A stretch of 40,109 nt of DNA from a virus. The DNA is taken from UHGV virus genome UHGV-0115014. One strand, 5' to 3'. The notes under the pieces were generated by a model that did no database searches, was not told where the DNA came from, and saw only the letters and a program-made list of their open reading frames with translations. Below, one piece after another: positions 33,200 to 40,109 of the stretch. Within the stretch, counting starts at the first letter, position 1. Each line of letters begins with the position of its first letter. Both the position numbers and the translations under genes were made by a program.

Positions 33200-36049
33200 A
33201 TGACGGTCTCAACCGAAGTTGACCACAACGAATACACAGGTAACGGCGTTACGACATCATTTCCGTATACCTTCCGTATTTTCAAAAAATCCGACCTGGT
33301 TGTTCAGGTGTCTGACCTTAACGGTAACGTAACAGAACTAGTGCTGGATGCTGGTTATACAGTAACAGGGGCGGGAACTTATAGTGGCGGTGCAGTGGTT
33401 CTTCCGTCGCCGCTTGCTGCTGGCTGGCGAATCACGATAGAGCGTGTGCTTGATGTGGTGCAGGAGACTGATCTTCGCAATCAGGGAAAATTTTTCCCCG
33501 AAGTTCATGAAGATGCATTTGACTACCTGACGATGCTGATCCAGCGATGTTTTGGGTGGTTCAGACGTGCATTGATGAAACCATCTTTGCTTGCAAAATA
33601 TTACGATGCAAAGCAAAACAGAATTTCCAATTTGGCCGATCCGAAGAACTCTCAGGATGCTGTAACAAAAAAATATGTGCAAGACTTATATAGTGGGGTA
33701 GTTAGGCCTGATAACATCGACAACGCAATGTATGTTACAGATCTCGCTAATGGCAAATATGACAGCTCTCGCTTGGACATGTCTGTCGGGTATGAGATAA
33801 AAACCATTTCAAACTTTGTCAGGATTAATGGGGCTGTTTATCGTGTTACTCCTGCTGCAGTCGGCATAGTGACAGAAATAACCTCGCGTTACATTTTGGC
33901 CGGAGGGAAAAAAAGCTACCTGTCTCATATTTCCAGGCATGTCAGTGGTACGCGTAGGCCGCTGAACTGGAAATTAGAATTCAGCATCATAGACGATGAG
34001 ATTACCGCAGATCTTAAAGATCAGTATGGTTACACGACCATGGGATTTCAGGGGATTTACATAGACAGCAATGATGGAATGGTATACATCGGCTGGCAGA
34101 CGCTAGACCCCGCATCGGTATGGGTTACGGTGCATGACTGGGTAACAGGAGCATTGGTAACACGTCTTCATTTTCCGAATAACGTTGGTGCACCAGAAGG
34201 CATCCACGTTTACCGAGTGGCAGGACAGCGTTACATCCTGCTGCCGTACAGCCCATCTCGCACTATCAGAATTTACCCTATCGAAGATCCGCGTACGCTG
34301 GTTGATAAAACGCAGATTACAAACTTCACTGAATCAACACGCCTTGGAGTGCGATATCAGTTTAGTGGCTTTGGTAATACCCTGATATACGAAAATGCGG
34401 ATATGGGTTGGCCGAAAATTTTTGATGTTGAGACAGGTGTATCCAATATCTTTAACACACTGGATATTAACAGCCTTATAGAAGGATCTTACAGTCCAAT
34501 GGGGACTATTACGGTTGATGCAAATGTTGGAGGTCGCGGAGCCGGTAAACCAAAACGGCAGGGTGTCGCTCTTGGTTCTCAACGGATATTTGCTGGTATT
34601 GGTGCATCTACCACGGCGGGATCTGGAAATACTTTCGCAGGGTTGCAGGGTTATATTGAGTACAGCCTTAATGGTTCAGAATTAGGTCAGTACCTGCTGT
34701 CACCTGCAGATTTCAAAACATACTGGGATAGTTATTCAGGGAAGAGTGTTTACTCCACTGAAAATGAGGGGGTGCAGTCTTGTGATATTTCTGGCTCTGA
34801 GGAATTGTATCTTCTACAGTCTATTCGCTATGACAATGGGGGCGGATCAAATTATAGGACTTTAAACATCATTCGCGCTAACTGTCCATCTAATGAACCT
34901 GGAACAGTAGACATGACTCCGCTATCCAATGCCTCATCACAGTTATTTAACCCTCGCGGAAGGGTGATTAACGCTGGCCGTCACCCTGTAAACCCGGCTG
35001 ATGGTATTGCGCTATTTACATCGGCACAGGCTATTTGTGACTATTTGCGGAATACAGATGCAGGTAGATATGTGACATATCTTGAACAGGATATGCCACT
35101 GTTTGAAGGTGGGCCATCTGCGCCAGGACAGATGACGCTGCCAGCATTCTGCCTATTGCAGATCGACTTCATCAACGGCGATACCTGGGAAATTACAGTT
35201 AATGGAACTAACAGGGCTAATAATTATACAGGAAGGATTTCCAAAAACGGCGGGTACAACTCTTTTACTAAGGTGTCCTCCCGCAGCATGTCGATTCTCG
35301 GATCCCCTGGTCTGGTTGATGTATCAATTCGCTCACCTAACTCACTAAATCTTCCAGAATTTGCTGGAGACTGGTCTACTGGTGTAAGTATAGGAGCTGC
35401 AGGTGGGGTGACAAACTGGCAGCCAGAAGGAACAGGTAACGGAGCATTATGGGAGTCAGGATATGCAAAAAACCGTGTGTTGCAGATATTCATGTCCACA
35501 ACATCAAAACTGTTCTTCCGCTACGCAGACGATGCTATTCGCGCAGGTAACACAGGCTGGGCTGAGGCATGGTCGTCGCTGAACACGACCGTCGATTCAA
35601 GTGGTTTCATCAAAAAAGCCTCTCCGGTTGTGAAGATTTTCTCAGACGGTAGTAGTGAAACAAATCGCGAATCAGATGGGGTAACCGTCACACGGCTGGC
35701 ATTAGGGGAATATCTGATTGAGGGTTGCGTAGGTCTGAATGCAGATGCTTCATGGGGGGGGATTGATGGTGGATTTGAAATACCGCAGGACCGAAACAAG
35801 CAGCCGCTCATCTGGCTGGATTATGTTGTTAACCAAGATGGCTCTGTGTTGGTGAAAACGTTTCACCGCACTCATGATAACTCGCCAGTTTTTGCACGTA
35901 ACGACATCCCTGGTGTTTCGAACGGTGACCCGATCGACATTCCTGCTAATCAGTTCGTTTCTGTGCGAGTACAGATGCCTGAGGATTCAGCATGGAATAA
36001 GCTTAAGGAACAACTCAATAAGGCTGAACCAATGGAAAAAAATAAGTAA
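33200..36049 (+). CDS. Tail fiber / tailspike protein with T7 gp17-like N-terminal adaptor domain
   Basis: 949 aa; N-terminal 150 aa (EYTGNGVTTSFPYTF...VVQVSDLNG...LDAGYTVTG...GWRITIERV...NRISNLADPKNSQDAV) parallels the T7 gp17 N-terminus pattern as recalled; the remaining 800 aa are not recognisably related. Confidence 0.7.
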   Translation: MTVSTEVDHNEYTGNGVTTSFPYTFRIFKKSDLVVQVSDLNGNVTELVLDAGYTVTGAGTYSGGAVVLPSPLAAGWRITIERVLDVVQETDLRNQGKFFPEVHEDAFDYLTMLIQRCFGWFRRALMKPSLLAKYYDAKQNRISNLADPKNSQDAVTKKYVQDLYSGVVRPDNIDNAMYVTDLANGKYDSSRLDMSVGYEIKTISNFVRINGAVYRVTPAAVGIVTEITSRYILAGGKKSYLSHISRHVSGTRRPLNWKLEFSIIDDEITADLKDQYGYTTMGFQGIYIDSNDGMVYIGWQTLDPASVWVTVHDWVTGALVTRLHFPNNVGAPEGIHVYRVAGQRYILLPYSPSRTIRIYPIEDPRTLVDKTQITNFTESTRLGVRYQFSGFGNTLIYENADMGWPKIFDVETGVSNIFNTLDINSLIEGSYSPMGTITVDANVGGRGAGKPKRQGVALGSQRIFAGIGASTTAGSGNTFAGLQGYIEYSLNGSELGQYLLSPADFKTYWDSYSGKSVYSTENEGVQSCDISGSEELYLLQSIRYDNGGGSNYRTLNIIRANCPSNEPGTVDMTPLSNASSQLFNPRGRVINAGRHPVNPADGIALFTSAQAICDYLRNTDAGRYVTYLEQDMPLFEGGPSAPGQMTLPAFCLLQIDFINGDTWEITVNGTNRANNYTGRISKNGGYNSFTKVSSRSMSILGSPGLVDVSIRSPNSLNLPEFAGDWSTGVSIGAAGGVTNWQPEGTGNGALWESGYAKNRVLQIFMSTTSKLFFRYADDAIRAGNTGWAEAWSSLNTTVDSSGFIKKASPVVKIFSDGSSETNRESDGVTVTRLALGEYLIEGCVGLNADASWGGIDGGFEIPQDRNKQPLIWLDYVVNQDGSVLVKTFHRTHDNSPVFARNDIPGVSNGDPIDIPANQFVSVRVQMPEDSAWNKLKEQLNKAEPMEKNK

Positions 36050-36224
36050 TTATTTTCCATATCAGGCATGGCGGAGAAATCATAAGTTTAGTAATTACCA
36101 CGGCAAGGACGCCACTTATCAACAATGTAATTATCATTTAATTCTCTTGACATCCTCTACGCCAAGAAGAACTGGTTTTTACGGCGCACCGGATAAATAC
36201 GAATAATCAAGAATAATATTGAGT

Positions 36225-36260
36225 AATAATTATTCTTATATGGTTTGTTGTGTATAATTA
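36225..36260 (+). promoter_or_regulatory. Putative lysis-cassette promoter
   Basis: TGTATAAT -10-like element near 36251-36258 preceded by AT-rich upstream sequence, about 15 bp before holin frame start. Confidence 0.3.
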
Positions 36261-36273
36261 GCTGACAGTTTAA

Positions 36274-36711
36274 GTGGATCTGTATATACAAAATATGGTG
36301 CACATTATGTCAGCTCAACTAACCAGTGAATCTTTAAATCAATGGCTTAGCATGAGTTCTCTTGCTGCGGTTATAGCAGGAGTTCCTCCTGAGGTTGCTT
36401 TAGGGTCTTTGGCTGGTGCGGTAATTTTTGTTACCTCTGCGGTAGAGTACCCAATTCATCGTCGCGTACTCTTATCGATGCTTAGCTTTCTCTGCGGCCT
36501 TCTTTTTTATAAACCAGCAGCATCAATTCTTATCGGCATAGCCAGCCTGATCCCTACTATCACGCAGGACTCTTTTGAAAAAGGGATTGTTTTCTCTGCT
36601 GGCGCATTCGTGTCAGCAATTGTTGCTGTGCGTATTGGTATATGGCTCTACCACCGTTCCGATAATCCACGCGAGTTAATTCCGGGGAGAAAAGACGATG
36701 GTAACGCATGA
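36274..36711 (+). CDS. Holin (possible dual-start, 3-4 TM)
   Basis: 145-aa frame with in-frame starts at codons 1, 8 and 12 (MVHIM, reminiscent of holin/antiholin dual starts); multiple TM segments; first gene of lysis cassette. Confidence 0.55.
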   Translation: MDLYIQNMVHIMSAQLTSESLNQWLSMSSLAAVIAGVPPEVALGSLAGAVIFVTSAVEYPIHRRVLLSMLSFLCGLLFYKPAASILIGIASLIPTITQDSFEKGIVFSAGAFVSAIVAVRIGIWLYHRSDNPRELIPGRKDDGNA

Positions 36712-37006
36712 GTTTTTTTTGCTTATCACCAATGCAGTTATTTGTACTGGCATAGCAATTCGCGTTGTCACATTCCGGCGTAACGGATCTCAACATCGAA
36801 GATGGGGGGGGTGGCTTGCTTATTTCCTGATTGTTGCTGCGGCCAGTATTCCGATTCGTGTTGCCTATGCAATCTGGTTCCGCACGCCAATGGCTGTGGA
36901 TTTATCTGAGGTCATTATCAACGCTGTCATGCTCGCTGCGGTTATTAAAACGCGCGGTAACGTCGTTCAAATTTTCAAAGTATCGAGGTCTAAACATGGA
37001 GATTAA
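36698..37006 (+). CDS. Second small membrane protein of lysis cassette (holin-like)
   Basis: 102 aa, 2-3 TM-like segments, overlaps both neighbours. Confidence 0.45.
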   Translation: MVTHEFFLLITNAVICTGIAIRVVTFRRNGSQHRRWGGWLAYFLIVAAASIPIRVAYAIWFRTPMAVDLSEVIINAVMLAAVIKTRGNVVQIFKVSRSKHGD

Positions 37007-37625
37007 ACAATTCCAGCGAGCTGCTGGTATCAGCGAGGCGCTGGCTGCACGCTGGTTCTCGTATATAACTTCTGCGATGAGAGAGTTTGGTATCAGCAAA
37101 CCAGAAGATCAGGCTATGTTTATTGCTCAGGTCGGGCATGAGTCTGGAGGCTTCACCAGGTTGCAGGAGAATTTCAATTACAGCGTCACCGGACTGGCTA
37201 ACTTCGTTCGTGCCGGTCGTCTCACTCAGGGACAGGCCAACGCACTGGGTCGCCGTGCTGGTGAACCGCCATTACCACTCGAGCGCCAGCGTGCGATCGC
37301 AAATCTGGTGTACAGCAAACGCATGGGGAACAATGCCCCCGGCGATGGCTGGAATTACCGAGGTCGCGGACTTATCCAGATTACCGGTTTGAATAACTAT
37401 CGTGATTGCGGAAACGGCCTGAAAGTGGACCTGCTGGAGAATCCTGAACTGTTGGCGCAGGACGAATACGCGGCTCGTAGCGCGGCGTGGTTCTTCTCCA
37501 GCAAAGGCTGCATGAAGTATACCGGAGATATTGCACGTGTAACTCTGCTTATCAATGGTGGCCAGAACGGCATTGATGACCGGCGCGCGCGATACATCAC
37601 TGCCAGTAAGGTGCTGGCGGTATGA
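36996..37625 (+). CDS. Endolysin, glycoside hydrolase family 19 (chitinase-like lysozyme)
   Basis: Table ORF 36831..37625 with start at MEIKQ; blocks [12 protein letters not shown] and [20 protein letters not shown] are GH19 catalytic signatures. Confidence 0.8.
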   Translation: MEIKQFQRAAGISEALAARWFSYITSAMREFGISKPEDQAMFIAQVGHESGGFTRLQENFNYSVTGLANFVRAGRLTQGQANALGRRAGEPPLPLERQRAIANLVYSKRMGNNAPGDGWNYRGRGLIQITGLNNYRDCGNGLKVDLLENPELLAQDEYAARSAAWFFSSKGCMKYTGDIARVTLLINGGQNGIDDRRARYITASKVLAV

Positions 37626-38119
37626 TCTGGGCATTCGCAAAAGCATACTGGAAACAGTTGGTTATCATGGCGATGCTTGCTGTTCTGGTCATATCAGGAG
37701 TTGTAGCCTGGAATGCACACGGCAGTCGTCAGTACGACGCCGGGTATGCGCAGGCACAGGAAGATCAGAAACAGGCTGATGATAAGGCCAGGTCACAACG
37801 TGATCAGGAGAAAACACAAATTGAACGTGAAACACAATCCCGTATCGATGTGGCGCGTGTTGATGCTGAGCATGCTAATGCCGCTGCTGACAGCCTGCGC
37901 GCCGAGCTTGACAAAACCAAGCGACTCGCCGAACACTATACCGGATCTTTCCCCACTGGCACGCCAGCCAGCAAGGTCATCGGTGTGCTCGCCGACATGC
38001 TTGAAGAAAGCAACCGAGTTTACAACGCAACAGCAGCTGAGGCTGAAAAGTATCGGATTGCAGGAGAATCCTGCGAACAGCAATACGATTCACTGAAGAA
38101 GCAAAAATCGTGGTACTGA
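37622..38119 (+). CDS. i-spanin (Rz-like)
   Basis: 165 aa; N-terminal TM anchor [18 protein letters not shown] then long charged coiled-coil; start overlaps endolysin stop. Confidence 0.7.
   Translation: MIWAFAKAYWKQLVIMAMLAVLVISGVVAWNAHGSRQYDAGYAQAQEDQKQADDKARSQRDQEKTQIERETQSRIDVARVDAEHANAAADSLRAELDKTKRLAEHYTGSFPTGTPASKVIGVLADMLEESNRVYNATAAEAEKYRIAGESCEQQYDSLKKQKSWY
37848..38096 (+). CDS. o-spanin (Rz1-like lipoprotein) embedded in i-spanin gene in another frame
   Basis: Signal peptide [17 protein letters not shown] with lipobox LTAC, Pro-rich mature part; lies wholly inside 37622..38119 (part of table ORF 37713..38096). Confidence 0.65.
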   Translation: MWRVLMLSMLMPLLTACAPSLTKPSDSPNTIPDLSPLARQPARSSVCSPTCLKKATEFTTQQQLRLKSIGLQENPANSNTIH

Positions 38120-38245
38120 TTTTCGGTGACGGTATATAAAACGGTACGGTGAAAATCATGTTGCAGAAAGTTGTTATCAGTCAATTAATTATGCATGTCG
38201 TAAATAATTGAGTGGGAATGATTTGACCCTGCACTATGAATGAAC

Positions 38246-38276
38246 AAAACCCTCTGTTACTACAGAGGGTTTTTTA
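38246..38276. terminator. Bidirectional intrinsic terminator at right end of lysis cassette
   Basis: AACCCTCTG-TTACTA-CAGAGGGTT hairpin with A-run upstream and TTTTTTAT downstream; between spanin genes and convergent cargo genes. Confidence 0.6.
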
Positions 38277-38313
38277 TCTTCAAGAATTATAGGATTGAAG
38301 TTACTAACATCGA

Positions 38314-38853
38314 TTAATTAAACCAGCTGTCCGATTTGTTCTCTTCTGCTTTGCCCACGCTTTTCATCAGATCGCGACCGCCTTCAGTCATATTTCTGTT
38401 GGCGTCAGCTTCAGATTGCACCACATCGGTTTGCGCAGCTTTGTGCTTCAGTTCCTGATCGATAAATTCGTTTTCTCGCTTAACGCGGGCTTCTTCTTTC
38501 GCCAGCGCCAGTTTTTGTTTCTGAATCTCTAAGCTGCGTAGCTCATCTTCATAACTTTGATCGCGTTTTTTGTCCGCAGAGGCTTCGGCGTCCAGTTTAT
38601 CCTGACGAGCTTTCTTATTTGCCGCTGCCGTTGCCGCTCTTTTGTTAGCGGCGGCCTGGGCATTTGCGCGACGTTGCTTCTCTTGCTGGATTTCCCTGTT
38701 GCGCTCCGCGACCCATTCGTCATGCTGCCTTTGCTCTTCATTTTTACCTTGCTGTTCCGCTTCTGCGACAGCAGAGAGTTGATCCTGCAATGATGAGGCG
38801 ATAGCCGGATAGCTTAAGGAGGCTAAGATGGCGCAAAGAAAAACTTTCTTCAT
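38314..38853 (-). CDS. Secreted coiled-coil protein (signal peptide; Lys/Ala/Gln/Glu-rich)
   Basis: 179 aa; MKKVFLCAILASLSYPAIAS signal peptide; low-complexity helical body; outside the lysis cassette, opposite strand. Confidence 0.55.
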   Translation of the reverse strand: MKKVFLCAILASLSYPAIASSLQDQLSAVAEAEQQGKNEEQRQHDEWVAERNREIQQEKQRRANAQAAANKRAATAAANKKARQDKLDAEASADKKRDQSYEDELRSLEIQKQKLALAKEEARVKRENEFIDQELKHKAAQTDVVQSEADANRNMTEGGRDLMKSVGKAEENKSDSWFN

Positions 38854-38868
38854 GACTCCTCCTGATTA

Positions 38869-39387
38869 TTAGCTCTTTTCAGGACATTTGGTATTTGGCT
38901 GAATACGCGTTTCGTTATACGTCGTGGTAATAACAACGGCTAAACCTGTCGTAAACTGGCACTCTTTACCCACCTGGGTAGAGGTATACACTTTGGTGCC
39001 TTCCTTATAGGTTAAAGAAACACCTTCCACTAAGGTTTTATCATTCACCATAGAACCCGCTGCCGCGCCTACAGCTCCGCCGCCAACTGCACCTGCCGTC
39101 GTTCCGGAATTGCTGCCAGACCCGACGTTGTGGCCGATAACACCGCCAGCGACTGCGCCAATAAGCGCGCCGAAGGCTTGTGCGTTCCGTTTATTTTGGG
39201 AGTTGTCTACGGCAACTTTTGCGGGAAGAATGGAAATAATATTAACGGTTTTAGTTTCTTGTTTGGTATTCAGTTGATCGGTTTGATAAACATCGGCAGC
39301 ATGATCGTCAGCATTTGACTGGCATCCTGCCAGAGTGAATGACGCTAACATTGCCACAGGCAGAAGACATTTTTTAAATTTCATCAC
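38869..39387 (-). CDS. Glycine-zipper outer-membrane-type lipoprotein (SlyB/Pcp/YcfJ-like)
   Basis: 172 aa; lipobox LAGC after signal peptide; central GALIGAVAGGVIGHNVGSG...GAVGGGAVGAAAGS glycine zipper. Confidence 0.6.
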   Translation of the reverse strand: MMKFKKCLLPVAMLASFTLAGCQSNADDHAADVYQTDQLNTKQETKTVNIISILPAKVAVDNSQNKRNAQAFGALIGAVAGGVIGHNVGSGSNSGTTAGAVGGGAVGAAAGSMVNDKTLVEGVSLTYKEGTKVYTSTQVGKECQFTTGLAVVITTTYNETRIQPNTKCPEKS

Positions 39388-39697
39388 TATTCCTTGTTAT
39401 ACACATTACGAAAAATAAGACATTTAAGATCATCAAAAGAGGAAAGTAAATGTATTGCGTATAAAGGGATAGATTAAATTTATTAAAATTCACGCAGGGA
39501 ATAATTTATAAAAATATATCATTACAACATATATATTAATTTTATATTTATTTCGCAGCCAAACAGGATAAACATCAGTCAGGATAAAGACGTAAAATTT
39601 AAGATGAAAGAATATCTGCCGCTTTGATAATCCCAAACAGCAAAAGCATCCGACAGCGAAGTGCCGTTATGTTCTGTGAAAGTGGAGAAGGTAACCG

Positions 39698-39889
39698 CTA
39701 ACGTTGTACCGGTGATTCGACGGAGAGTGTGGATTGCTGAGCTTCTTTTTTGCTCTGATGGTGCTGCCAGGCACCGACGGACGAGTAGATAAAACGGCCA
39801 AAGAAGAAGATAAAGCTGATGAGCAGTACGATACGGGTCATGCGACTGTTAAATCGGTGTCGTTTTCGCATACTGGTTGCCTGACTCAC
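39698..39889 (-). CDS. Small hydrophobic protein (uncertain; antisense ORF 39734..40024 equally possible)
   Basis: 63-aa ORF with TM-like segment IVLLISFIFFFGRFIY; no homology recognised. Confidence 0.2.
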   Translation of the reverse strand: MSQATSMRKRHRFNSRMTRIVLLISFIFFFGRFIYSSVGAWQHHQSKKEAQQSTLSVESPVQR

Positions 39890-40109
39890 AAAAGGTTCCT
39901 TGAAGTATGTCCCACGCTGTGGACGGTACTTACATTAAGGCACAACAGGACAAAATGGTCAATTCTTCGTTATGTAAAAAAGCGTCAGTGGATACATATT
40001 TTAATGTTATGGAAGTTAATTTAATTATTTACAATGATGATGTAATAATGATGAATTAACATGATAAACGTAATAATTCATTAATCAGGGTTATTTTGTT
40101 TGATATATA

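Noticed and set aside
35874-36206. 110-aa plus-strand ORF overlapping the 3' end of the tail fiber gene
   Set aside because: Out-of-frame overlap with the tail fiber and continuation into the AT-rich lysis promoter region; composition not protein-like.
1-40109. Search for a T7-like single-subunit RNA polymerase or a transposase/IS element
   Set aside because: No ORF of suitable size (about 880 aa) or sequence precedes the structural module, and no ORF shows DDE or HTH transposase signatures; none reported.

Overview
The window is almost entirely one integrated temperate phage (prophage) of an enterobacterial-type host, running from a P4-type integrase at 50..1306 to a lysis cassette ending near 38.3 kb, followed by about 1.8 kb of secreted-protein/lipoprotein cargo genes and AT-rich DNA. 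Gene order: integrase; a leftward early operon (Ser/Thr phosphatase, orphan N6-adenine methyltransferase, Xis/AlpA-like, RecT plus RecE-like exonuclease, small regulators); a two-HTH repressor divergent from a Cro-like gene; O-like (with internal iterons) and P-like replication genes; small nin-like genes; terminase small and large subunits; a Gp49-like gene and a phage-encoded tRNA-Arg(UCU); podovirus (T7-like) portal, scaffold, capsid, tail-tube and internal virion proteins; a roughly 3.9 kb accessory island; a tail fiber with a T7 gp17-like N-terminus; and holin, holin-like, GH19 endolysin and nested spanin genes. The accessory island (29.3-33.1 kb) is the best candidate for an undescribed system: it holds small membrane proteins, a secreted peptide, a YafO-like toxin homologue, a Bro-N antirepressor-like protein, a membrane-anchored double zinc-ribbon protein and a standalone paralogue of the Bro-N protein C-terminus. 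The strongest non-genic signals are at least 13 copies of the 15-bp palindrome TTACC-N5-GGTAA at promoter-proximal positions across the element, three copies of the 12-bp perfect palindrome GTGACATGTCAC at gene junctions, and an iteron array inside the O-like gene. No CRISPR array, rRNA or transposase was recognised. All functional calls come from reading the translated ORFs against remembered family signatures; no database search was run. Coordinates of non-ORF features are hand-counted and may be off by 1-2 nt.
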